NCBI GenBank assembly: GCA_964346375.1
Contig: CAYFUL010000001.1
Span: 1 to 55,932, forward strand
Direction of reading: 5' to 3'
Length of the DNA: 55,932 nucleotides
Source: an uncultured Peptoniphilaceae bacterium
Lineage (GTDB): Bacteria; Bacillota; Clostridia; Tissierellales; Peptoniphilaceae
Shown here: positions 9,440 through 17,715 of the stretch, piece by piece
Layout: each line of letters opens with the position of its first letter
How positions within the stretch are numbered: position 1 is the first letter of the stretch
Notes under the pieces: model-generated
What the model was told of the DNA's origin: nothing
Database searches by the model: none
What the model saw: the letters and a program-made list of their open reading frames with translations, nothing else
Translations under genes and position numbers: made by a program

Positions 9440-10306
9440 ATGAAGTACTACGGTAATGTTTACAGACCCCCTAGTGAAGCGAGAAGTCTAATAGTACAGG
9501 CGACAATAGGATGTTCAAATAACGACTGTACATTTTGCGAAATGTACAAGGGCGAACAATTTAGAATAAGAAAAGTAGAAGACGTGCTAGCAGATTTAAA
9601 GGAGATGGTAGAATACTATCCAGACTGGGAGAGGGTATTTATTGCTGATGGAGATGCACTAGTATTAAAGACAGACTACTTAGTACAAATACTAGACTTT
9701 ATTAACGAAAACTACAGAAATATAAAGAGAATATCTGCCTACGCAACAGCAGCAGATATAAATAGAAAGACAGATGAAGAGCTAGCCCTACTAAGAAATA
9801 AGGGACTGGAAATGTTGTATATAGGATTTGAATCAGGAGATGATGAACTCCTAAAAGAAGTCCGTAAAAATATGACAAGGGACGACTATATAAAGTGTAT
9901 GGAAAAGGCAAAGAGGGCAGGCTTTACAACATCAGTAACGATAATAGCAGGCCTCGGAGGAAGAAAAAAATGGAGACAAAATGCCATTAATACTTCAAGC
10001 CTAATAACCATTACAAAACCAGACTACGTTTCATATTTAACTATGAACTTGGCAAAGGGAACAGAGTTATACGACGACTATATAAATGGAAAATTTGAAA
10101 TGCCATCCCCAGAGGAGATACTATACGAAATAAGAGAGTTCTTAGAAAACGTGGACTCTGAAGGAACAGTATTTAGATCAAACCACGCCTCAAATTATGT
10201 GCTACTAAAAGGAACATTAAACGAGGACAGGGAACAATTAATAAAGACAATAGATATGGCGCTGGAGGAAAAATTCTTCCGTCCAGAAGCATATCGAGGA
10301 TTTTAA
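9440..10306 (+). CDS. Radical SAM protein of unknown function
   Basis: N-terminal YRPPSEARSLIVQATIGCSNNDCTFCEMY. The cysteine cluster reads CX4CX2C in this sequence. Its ATG directly abuts the pncB TAG. Confidence 0.75.
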   Translation: MKYYGNVYRPPSEARSLIVQATIGCSNNDCTFCEMYKGEQFRIRKVEDVLADLKEMVEYYPDWERVFIADGDALVLKTDYLVQILDFINENYRNIKRISAYATAADINRKTDEELALLRNKGLEMLYIGFESGDDELLKEVRKNMTRDDYIKCMEKAKRAGFTTSVTIIAGLGGRKKWRQNAINTSSLITITKPDYVSYLTMNLAKGTELYDDYINGKFEMPSPEEILYEIREFLENVDSEGTVFRSNHASNYVLLKGTLNEDREQLIKTIDMALEEKFFRPEAYRGF

Positions 10307-10321
10307 TAAGACTTTAAAAAT

Positions 10322-10355
10322 CTGTTGAAGGTGTAAAACTTCAGCAGTTTTTTTT
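10322..10355 (+). terminator. Rho-independent terminator after the pncB / radical SAM pair
   Basis: 9-bp stem CTGTTGAAG/CTTCAGCAG with an 8-nt loop, followed by T8. Confidence 0.8.
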
Positions 10356-10529
10356 ATTTGATAGGTTGTAAAATAAAATGCCTATTCTTTTTATTAGCAT
10401 ATAATGATTTTAATCCTCTAAATTTTTTAAAGGTAAAATTTATTATACCCTGTTAAAATTATTATGAAATTTTTGTAAAGTCCCTAATTTTTTTGTCAAG
10501 GGGTATTTTCGTTGATAATCATTCCATTT

Positions 10530-10675
10530 TGTGGATAAGTTTGTGGATAATTTTATGATTTGTGATATTTGACTTATTTGTAATCTCTCTGTAAATTTTT
10601 ACATTTTTTCCTTTTTTCTGTGGATAATGTTAATAAGTCTGTGAATAATGTTAAACTCACAGTATTTTATCCACA
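10530..10675. promoter_or_regulatory. DnaA-box cluster outside oriC
   Basis: Perfect TGTGGATAA at 10530-10538, 10542-10550 and 10619-10627. Perfect TTATCCACA at 10667-10675. One-mismatch TGTGAATAA at 10640-10648. Weaker TGTTAATAA at 10628-10636. Confidence 0.75.
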
Positions 10676-10818
10676 GTGTTTTTGAAATTTTGTTGATTAT
10701 ATTTTTTATCCTCAACTCTATTTTGAGAATTTTATTCTTCAATAGCCTCTTTATTTTTATTGTCAAGTTTAATTTTTATTTTACTTTCAATACATCTTTT
10801 TTTATGTTATTATATCCT

Positions 10819-10897
10819 CTAAGGGGAGTAGCTATACTTCTTTGTCGTCATTACGGTTTATCCCGGCAAAGAACCTACGTTGGAAGCAAGACCTTGT
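10819..10897 (+). promoter_or_regulatory. yybP-ykoY (Mn2+) riboswitch aptamer
   Basis: AAGGGGAGUAGC at the 5' end and GCAAGACCUU at the 3' end are the two conserved halves of the yybP-ykoY motif. UUGUCGUCAUUAC lies in the middle. An extended -10 (TGtTATTAT, 10805-10813) sits just upstream. Confidence 0.8.
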
Positions 10898-10929
10898 TTG
10901 AGTTTTCAAGCAAGGTCATTTTTTATTTT
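10890..10929 (+). terminator. Riboswitch expression-platform terminator
   Basis: 11-bp stem (GACCTTGTTTG 10890-10900 with CAAGCAAGGTC 10907-10917, one G-U pair), a 6-nt loop, then ATTTTTTATTTT. Its 5' arm overlaps the 3' strand of the aptamer. Confidence 0.75.
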
Positions 10930-10940
10930 AGGAGGTTTTA

Positions 10941-13628
10941 ATGGAATGGTATAAAAAAAGTTCGGAGGATTCCCTCGCGGAACTAGGCTCTTCGACAGCT
11001 GGTCTTTCTGTCGTTGAAGCTACTAATAGACTGGAAAAATATGGTAGAAATGAATTAAAAAAGGAACAGAAAAAGCCCTTTATTTTAAAATTAAAGGATC
11101 AATTTTTAGACCCTATGATTTTAATTTTAATTGCCGCTGCTGTTATTTCCTTTGCCATGGGCGAGAAGGCTGACCCTGTTATTATTATGGCTATTGTTAT
11201 TGTAAACGCGGCTCTTTCTATTTACCAAGAGGGTAAGGCTGAAGAGGCTATTGCCGCTCTTGAAAAGATGAGTTCTCCCCTTGCTAAGGTTATTCGTGAC
11301 GGCAAGGATATGGAAATTGACTCTGGGGATATTGTTCCCGGGGACTATGTTATTTTGGAAACTGGTGATATTGTACCGGCAGACCTTAGACTTGTTGAGT
11401 CTTTAAATTTAAAAATCGATGAATCTTCTCTTACTGGTGAATCTGTTCCCGTTGAGAAGAATTCTGATGAAGTTTATTCCGAGGATTTAGGTATTGGTGA
11501 TAGAGAAAATATTGCCTATTCTTCTACTATCGTATCCTATGGTCGTGGTACTGGTGTTGTTATTAGTACTGGAGAGCATACTGAAATTGGTAAGATTGCT
11601 AAAAATATCTCTGCCATTGAAGATGAACCTACTCCTCTTCAGAAAAAACTTGCTGGTCTTTCTAAAACCCTTGGTATTTTAGTTATTATTATCTGTGCCA
11701 TTGTTTTAGTGGTTGGTATTATTTACAAGCACGAATTTATGGAGATGTTACTTATCTCTGTTTCCCTTGCTGTTGCAGCTATTCCCGAGGGACTTCCTGC
11801 TATTGTAACTATTGTTCTTTCAATTGGTATGAAGAAAATGGCTGAGAGAAAGGCTGTTGTTAAAAAACTTCTTGCCGTTGAAACTCTTGGTACTACTACT
11901 GTAATTTGTTCTGATAAAACTGGTACTCTTACACAAAATGAGATGACCGTTACTAAAATCTTTACTGGTGATAGAGAACTTACCGTTACTGGTACTGGGT
12001 ACAATCCTAAGGGAGAGATTCTTGAAAATTCCAATAAGGTTGAAGAATTTATGGAGCTTAATGTCCTTAGTCATATTGCAACTCTTGTTAACGATGCTAA
12101 GCTGGAAATTTCTGATGAGTCTAAGATTATTGGGGACCCTACTGAAGGAGCTCTTCTTACCCTTTCTGAAAAAATTGGTCACTCTATTACAGATACTAAG
12201 AGTAAATTTAAGAGAGTTAATGAAATTCCCTTTGACTCATCTCGAAAGATGATGAGTACTTTCCATGAAGATATTTTTGGTACTAAGGTTGCATCTCTTA
12301 CTAAGGGTGCTCCTGATATTATTCTCTCTAGATGTAGTAGAATTTTAATAGATGGTGAAGTTAAAGATCTTACTGATGATTTAAGAAGTGAAATTCTCTC
12401 TAAAAACTCTGAATTTGCAAGAGAGGCTCTAAGAGTTCTTGCCTATGCCTATAGGGATTATGAGAGTATGCCTAGTGATTTAGACTATGAAAATATTGAG
12501 AATAATATGATCTTCGTCGGTCTTACTGGTATGATTGACCCTGCTAGACCTGAGGCGAAGGAAGCTATTAAGGAATGTAGAAGCGCTGGTATTATTCCTA
12601 TTATGATTACTGGTGACTATTTAGAAACTGCCCTTGCTATTGCAAAGGAACTTGGAATTGCTACTGATGATAGTGAAGCTATTACCGGTAGAGAATTAGA
12701 CGAGCTTTCTCCAGAAGAACTTAGGGAAGTTGTAAAGACTAAGAGAGTTTTCTCTAGAGTTTCTCCAGAGACTAAGGTACAAATTGTAACTGCCCTTCAA
12801 GAAAATGGACACCTTGCTGCAATGACTGGAGACGGTGTAAACGACGCTCCTGCTATTAAAAAGGCAGACATTGGTATTGCAATGGGTATTACTGGAACTG
12901 ACGTTGCAAAATCCACAGCAGAGGTTATTTTAATGGACGATAACTTTGCAACTATTGTCAATGCCGTTGAAGAGGGTAGAGTAATCTACTCCAATATTAA
13001 AAAATTTGTAGGCTATTTACTTTCTTGTAACATTGGAGAAGTACTAATAGTATTAATTGCAATACTAATAGATATTCCAGTTCCATTTGAAGCTATACAG
13101 CTTCTATGGTTAAACCTTGTTACAGATTCATTCCCTGCCCTTGCCCTTGGAGTTGAACCGGGAGACGAGGGAATAATGAACGAAAAACCAAGGGATCCTA
13201 ACGAGCCTATACTGGATAAAAAACTATCCATTACTGTAATTATTCAGTCTATTGCAATTACCATTGCCACTCTTGTAGTTTATATCTATAGTTTAAAAAC
13301 CTATGGAGATACTGGAGATGGACTTGTACTTTCAAGAACTATGGCATTTGCAACTTTAGTTACTGCAGAATTATTAAGATCCTACTCTGCAAGAAGTTTA
13401 AACTGGACCCTATTCCATATAGGACCATTTTCAAATATGACTCTTGTAAAGGGAACTGCTTTTTCATTCTTACTAACTCTACTTGTACTATATGTACCAC
13501 AACTTGAAACACTATTTGACCTTGCAAAACTTGGTATTGGTCATTGGATAATAGTATTAATTGCATCATCTATTCCATTAGTAATTGGAGAGGTGCAAAA
13601 AGTTGTAAGATTTGGAACTGATGGTTAA
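10941..13628 (+). CDS. P-type (type IIA, Ca2+/Mn2+-transporting) ATPase
   Basis: 895 aa with TGES, the DKTGTLT phosphorylation site, and TGDGVNDAPA. It is preceded by a Mn riboswitch. Confidence 0.9.
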   Translation: MEWYKKSSEDSLAELGSSTAGLSVVEATNRLEKYGRNELKKEQKKPFILKLKDQFLDPMILILIAAAVISFAMGEKADPVIIMAIVIVNAALSIYQEGKAEEAIAALEKMSSPLAKVIRDGKDMEIDSGDIVPGDYVILETGDIVPADLRLVESLNLKIDESSLTGESVPVEKNSDEVYSEDLGIGDRENIAYSSTIVSYGRGTGVVISTGEHTEIGKIAKNISAIEDEPTPLQKKLAGLSKTLGILVIIICAIVLVVGIIYKHEFMEMLLISVSLAVAAIPEGLPAIVTIVLSIGMKKMAERKAVVKKLLAVETLGTTTVICSDKTGTLTQNEMTVTKIFTGDRELTVTGTGYNPKGEILENSNKVEEFMELNVLSHIATLVNDAKLEISDESKIIGDPTEGALLTLSEKIGHSITDTKSKFKRVNEIPFDSSRKMMSTFHEDIFGTKVASLTKGAPDIILSRCSRILIDGEVKDLTDDLRSEILSKNSEFAREALRVLAYAYRDYESMPSDLDYENIENNMIFVGLTGMIDPARPEAKEAIKECRSAGIIPIMITGDYLETALAIAKELGIATDDSEAITGRELDELSPEELREVVKTKRVFSRVSPETKVQIVTALQENGHLAAMTGDGVNDAPAIKKADIGIAMGITGTDVAKSTAEVILMDDNFATIVNAVEEGRVIYSNIKKFVGYLLSCNIGEVLIVLIAILIDIPVPFEAIQLLWLNLVTDSFPALALGVEPGDEGIMNEKPRDPNEPILDKKLSITVIIQSIAITIATLVVYIYSLKTYGDTGDGLVLSRTMAFATLVTAELLRSYSARSLNWTLFHIGPFSNMTLVKGTAFSFLLTLLVLYVPQLETLFDLAKLGIGHWIIVLIASSIPLVIGEVQKVVRFGTDG

Positions 13629-13692
13629 TATTTTTTTTAAAAAAAATGTCAAAAAATTTCTAACATCAAACTAAATAGTATGTTTATTTAAA

Positions 13693-13880
13693 TGAAGGGG
13701 GACCAGGGGAGAAATAACGCAGTTTCTCCCCTTTGGTCCCCCTTCAACCCCTCCTAACCCCTCTCGCTCACTAAATGAAAGTTTTCTCGGCAAAGGCTAA
13801 AAATTCCAAACTCGCCCTACGGGCTCAAACATGGAATTTTCTTAACGCCTTTACCTCGAAAACAATGTGGGTTGGGAATA
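13693..13880 (+). repeat. GC-rich structured intergenic repeat element, copy 1
   Basis: A 22-bp hairpin at 13693-13746. A C-rich linker CCCCTCCTAACCCCTCTCGCTCACTAAATGAAAG. A second long imperfect hairpin at about 13781-13863 with an inner GCCC-TAC-GGGC stem. The linker region recurs inverted at 55874-55932. Confidence 0.6.
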
Positions 13881-13993
13881 TGATTACTATTATAAAAATA
13901 GTTATCTTAGAAAATCTTTAATGAATTATTTTTTAAATTGTGAGTTTAAAATTATACCTATATAATTTGACTTCACTTTGGAATGATGATTTT

Positions 13994-15184
13994 TTATCTC
14001 TGGTTGTAAGCCTCAATTCCTGCAGCTAAAATTTTCATCGCCTTTATTATATCTTCACTATTTAGTACAAATGCAAGGCGCACTTGATTTTTTCCTGTGT
14101 CGTTGTCCTTGTAGAACCCATCTCCCGGAGCCATCATTACTGTTTCTCCATCTACATCAAATTCTTCCAATAGCCACTTTGCAAAATCCTCTGTATTATC
14201 TACAGGAAGTGTAGGCATTACATAAAATGCTCCCTTTGATTTATATACCTTTACTCCCTCTATTTTGGAAAGCTCGTTATAGATTGTATCCCTTCTCTTT
14301 TGATACTCTTCCCTTACTTCTTCGTAGTACTTTGGATCTATTTCATATAGTGCCGCTGCGGCAACTTGCTCTACTGTTGGAGCGGCAAGTCGTCCATTAC
14401 ATAGCTTGTTAATAGAATCGGCTACCTCTTTATTTTTAGTAGCTATTGAACCAATTCTTGCACCACATGCTGAAAATCTCTTTGAAATTGAATCCAGTAG
14501 TAGTAAATTTTCTTCTATTCCCTCTATTTCTCCAAAGCTAGTTACCTTTTCTCCATCAAATACAAATTCTCTGTAAACCTCGTCGGCAATTATAAATAGT
14601 CCATTGTCCTTTGCTATACTTGCAAGTAATTCCACTTCTTCTCTAGTATAAACTGTTCCCGTTGGGTTTGATGGATTTGATAAAAGTATTGCCTTTGTCC
14701 TTGGAGTTATCTTCTCCTCAATTTTCTCCCTCGCCGGAAGTCTATATCCATCTTCTACAAATGTATCAAAGGTTGTAAGTTTTGCCCCTACCATTTGAAT
14801 AAAGCTCATATAATTTGAATAAAATGGGTTACAAGTTAGTACTTCGTCCTCTAAATCAGTTACTGCATATAGGGAAAATAGTAGTGCCTCGCTTCCACCC
14901 TGTGTAATGTAAATATCCCCTTCATCAATATTTATCCCAAGATTTTTATAGTACTTACTTGTTGCAGAAAGTAGCTCTGGTATTCCCTTTGAAGGTGCAT
15001 ATTGAAGTACCCTCTCGCTAAAATTTCCTATTGCATCAAAAAATGCACTTGGAGTTACTACGTCTGGCGCTCCAATATTTAAGTGGTAGACTTTTTTACC
15101 TGCCTTCTTTGCTGCATCTGCATAGGGCGTTAATTTTCGTACTGCGGAGTAGGTCATCTCCTCTGTTCTCTTTGAAATTTTCAT
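13994..15184 (-). CDS. Aspartate/aromatic aminotransferase (class I PLP)
   Basis: SISKRFSACGARIG lysine motif. I moved the start to the ATG behind AAAGGAGAG (the seventh codon of the track ORF). Confidence 0.8.
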   Translation of the reverse strand: MKISKRTEEMTYSAVRKLTPYADAAKKAGKKVYHLNIGAPDVVTPSAFFDAIGNFSERVLQYAPSKGIPELLSATSKYYKNLGINIDEGDIYITQGGSEALLFSLYAVTDLEDEVLTCNPFYSNYMSFIQMVGAKLTTFDTFVEDGYRLPAREKIEEKITPRTKAILLSNPSNPTGTVYTREEVELLASIAKDNGLFIIADEVYREFVFDGEKVTSFGEIEGIEENLLLLDSISKRFSACGARIGSIATKNKEVADSINKLCNGRLAAPTVEQVAAAALYEIDPKYYEEVREEYQKRRDTIYNELSKIEGVKVYKSKGAFYVMPTLPVDNTEDFAKWLLEEFDVDGETVMMAPGDGFYKDNDTGKNQVRLAFVLNSEDIIKAMKILAAGIEAYNQR

Positions 15185-15194
15185 ATTCTCTCCT

Positions 15195-16148
15195 TTACGC
15201 ATATCTTAAATCCTCACCTATAAACTCTACGATTTTAAACTTACTTGTTAACCTTGAGAATACCCTCTCTGTATAAACTCTATCTAACTCTTCAGGAGTT
15301 AGGTTTGTGGAAATTATTGTCTTTTTTCCCGTAATTAGTCTTTCATTTATTATGTTAAATATCTGCGGAATAGTAAAGTTATTTTGATCTTCACTTCCTA
15401 AATCGTCTATTATTAGTAGCTCTGCATTGTATACCATATTAAATTGCAGTTCCTTTAATTCGTCCTTCTCCCTGTCAAATTTTATACTTCTAAATAGATC
15501 CATTAGTGCAAATGCCGTATAGTATACTACCGATGTATTTCTATCCATTAATTCCTTTGCTATACAGTTTATCATAAATGTCTTACCCAGCCCCGTCTGA
15601 CCATAGAATAGTAAATTCTCGTCATTTTCTTTGTGGAAGTTGTCTATAAAATTTTGGGATAGTTTTTTTATAAAGAGTATATTTTCCCTTGGACTTATTC
15701 CTCCCTCTAGTGGAGTCGCACTAAATAACTTCTCGTTAAAATTTGCAAAGTTCTCTCTTGAAAGTTGGTAGTCCATATTGGATATGGAATATAGCTTCTC
15801 GGAGGTTAAACCCACCATACAGGAGCATTTTTTTGTATCTTCGACATAACCCGTGTCTTTACAAATTGGACAGGAATAAATGGATTCTAGATAGTCATTA
15901 GGAAATCCTTCCTCTACTAATAATTTTTCCTTCTCCAATTTTAATTCTGCAATATTTTCAAGGGCAGTAGCAGTAGAATTTTCATCTACTAGGGAACTTT
16001 TTGCCGCCTCTACTCCTATTTTTGCTATTCTCATATCCCGTTCAAATATTTTTGGAATTTTTTCGTAGACTTCCCTCTTTCTACTCTCCTCTATTCTACT
16101 ATTTTCGTCTCTAATTTTTTCATAGATACTTAGTATATTAAGACTCAT
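15195..16148 (-). CDS. dnaI: DnaI/DnaC-type helicase loader ATPase
   Basis: Walker A GQTGLGKT, Walker B LIIDDLG, and an N-terminal Cys cluster CPICKDTGY...CSC. It overlaps the upstream DnaD-domain gene. Confidence 0.75.
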   Translation of the reverse strand: MSLNILSIYEKIRDENSRIEESRKREVYEKIPKIFERDMRIAKIGVEAAKSSLVDENSTATALENIAELKLEKEKLLVEEGFPNDYLESIYSCPICKDTGYVEDTKKCSCMVGLTSEKLYSISNMDYQLSRENFANFNEKLFSATPLEGGISPRENILFIKKLSQNFIDNFHKENDENLLFYGQTGLGKTFMINCIAKELMDRNTSVVYYTAFALMDLFRSIKFDREKDELKELQFNMVYNAELLIIDDLGSEDQNNFTIPQIFNIINERLITGKKTIISTNLTPEELDRVYTERVFSRLTSKFKIVEFIGEDLRYA

Positions 16149-17142
16149 CTACACCACCTTCTAAGTAATTCTCCATCATCTTTCGCTGTCTTTCCCTATA
16201 GTCCTCGTTAGTTAATTTGCCACTTCGCTCCTTAAAGTTGTGAAATCTAGTCTTGTTTACATTTTTTGGAATAGTAGGTTTTTTATCCCTCACTATTTCC
16301 TCTGGAGTTTTAATATTTTTTAAGTGCCAATTTTTTAAAATACTGTCAAAGTAATTTAAGTTTGGGTTTGAAATTGAACTTACTCTCTCTAGGGCAATGT
16401 CCACCATTTCATCTGTGAAATTATACTCGTCGTACCAAGAGTTAATAATCTTTAGGTCCACCTGGTTAAATGGTTTATTTTGTAGGCCAATCTTTCTCAT
16501 AACTCGCCTATACCTATAAATATCTTGGTCGTATTCCCTGTAGGACTTTTCAATTTCATCCTTGGTACGAATATTTTTCTCCTCCCAATTTTTTAATACT
16601 CCCTCTACGTATTTTAAGTCGTATACATTTCTAATTTCACAGGAGTAGAAAAATGCCTCGATAATAATTTCTGGAGTCATATTGTAGGTGGTAATCCAAG
16701 ATGCAATGTCCCTCTTTTTCATAGGGGAGATCTCCCTTCTCATATAGAACTCCGCCTTTGAAAATAGATCTGCTAAAACAGGGTCGCTTAGTATTTCTGT
16801 AAAGGGTTCTTCCTCTACGGTGGAAACCTTGTAAATATTCTCTATTAAAATTCTTCTAATAGATAAAAATACCACGTCATAGGAATTTTCATTTTGAACC
16901 TTTTCAATTATTCCCATATTCTCCCAATAGGTCCATGCCCTCTCTACGTCGCTTTCAAAAATTCCAAGGAGATTTGCAATGTCCCTATGGTCTACGGCTC
17001 TACCCTCCGACGCAAGTTTGTACCCGTAGAGATATACCTTTACAAGATTTCCATCTGCCCCCGGCATAAAGTCCTGTATAAAAAGATTTTCAATGGAGGT
17101 TGTACCTAAGTCCATTGTGTTATTTTCAATATAGTAACTCAA
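16138..17142 (-). CDS. DnaD-domain replication initiation protein (B. subtilis DnaB/DnaD-like)
   Basis: 334 aa with two DnaD-like C-terminal repeats (LKNWEEKNIRT, LKNWHLKNIKT). It is paired with the DnaI-like gene. Confidence 0.7.
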   Translation of the reverse strand: MSYYIENNTMDLGTTSIENLFIQDFMPGADGNLVKVYLYGYKLASEGRAVDHRDIANLLGIFESDVERAWTYWENMGIIEKVQNENSYDVVFLSIRRILIENIYKVSTVEEEPFTEILSDPVLADLFSKAEFYMRREISPMKKRDIASWITTYNMTPEIIIEAFFYSCEIRNVYDLKYVEGVLKNWEEKNIRTKDEIEKSYREYDQDIYRYRRVMRKIGLQNKPFNQVDLKIINSWYDEYNFTDEMVDIALERVSSISNPNLNYFDSILKNWHLKNIKTPEEIVRDKKPTIPKNVNKTRFHNFKERSGKLTNEDYRERQRKMMENYLEGGVDES

Positions 17143-17669
17143 ATTTTCTTCACCATCTTATCTATGTAGTAGAGTTTTAAAACTCTTAAATCTATTATAT
17201 CCTCATTACTCTCTAGGGGAAAATTTCCCTTAATTACTCCAAGACCAACTCCACATTTTTTAAAGTCAAGTTTTTTATATACATGTATCGCCCTTTTATT
17301 ATACCTTGCAACTTGAAGGTAGATTTTATTTAGACCTAAGTCTTTTCCAACGTCAAATATCTTTTCAATTGCACTACTTCCAATTCCTTGGTCTAATTTA
17401 CTTGGGTCAATTACAATTCCAAGGGTTGCGTATTTTGAAACTCTATTAATATCCTTTAGGTCTATAAATCCTGCGGGAGTGTTTTTGTAAAAAATAGTGT
17501 AATAAATTGTAGAACTTCCCTCTATTTTAAAATTATACCAAAATTTAACATCTTCATCAGTTTTGGCATTAAAATTATAATCCTGGTATAGAGGATTTTT
17601 ATGCCTCCCCCAATTTCTAAAGTAGTAGACATGGGAGAGTTCCATAGGCTTTAAAAAAATACTGTCCAT
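17139..17669 (-). CDS. GNAT family N-acetyltransferase
   Basis: 176 aa with a RimJ/RimL-like layout (QGIGSSAIEKI, ARYNKRAIHVYKKLDF). It overlaps the DnaD-like gene by 4 nt. Confidence 0.75.
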   Translation of the reverse strand: MDSIFLKPMELSHVYYFRNWGRHKNPLYQDYNFNAKTDEDVKFWYNFKIEGSSTIYYTIFYKNTPAGFIDLKDINRVSKYATLGIVIDPSKLDQGIGSSAIEKIFDVGKDLGLNKIYLQVARYNKRAIHVYKKLDFKKCGVGLGVIKGNFPLESNEDIIDLRVLKLYYIDKMVKKI

Positions 17670-17715
17670 AAAATTTGCTCCTTTATGCTATTATACTATG
17701 AGGAGGTTTTTTACA

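Noticed and set aside
10530-10800. The distal DnaA-box cluster plus the adjacent AT-rich stretch could be a second replication origin.
   Set aside because: No DnaA-trio-like TAG/CTA array flanks the boxes. The AT-rich stretch also carries the ATPase promoter. dnaA itself is flanked by a canonical bipartite oriC. I kept the cluster as a probable titration or regulatory site rather than an origin.
10648-10941. Track ORF of 97 aa upstream of the ATPase.
   Set aside because: It runs across the Mn riboswitch and its terminator. The translation is low-complexity and there is no Shine-Dalgarno sequence.
13779-13925. A 48-codon ORF (MKVFSAKAKNSKLALRAQTWNF...) inside the GC-rich repeat element.
   Set aside because: It has no ribosome-binding site and lies entirely within hairpin-forming repeat sequence. 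It is more likely a by-product of the repeat.
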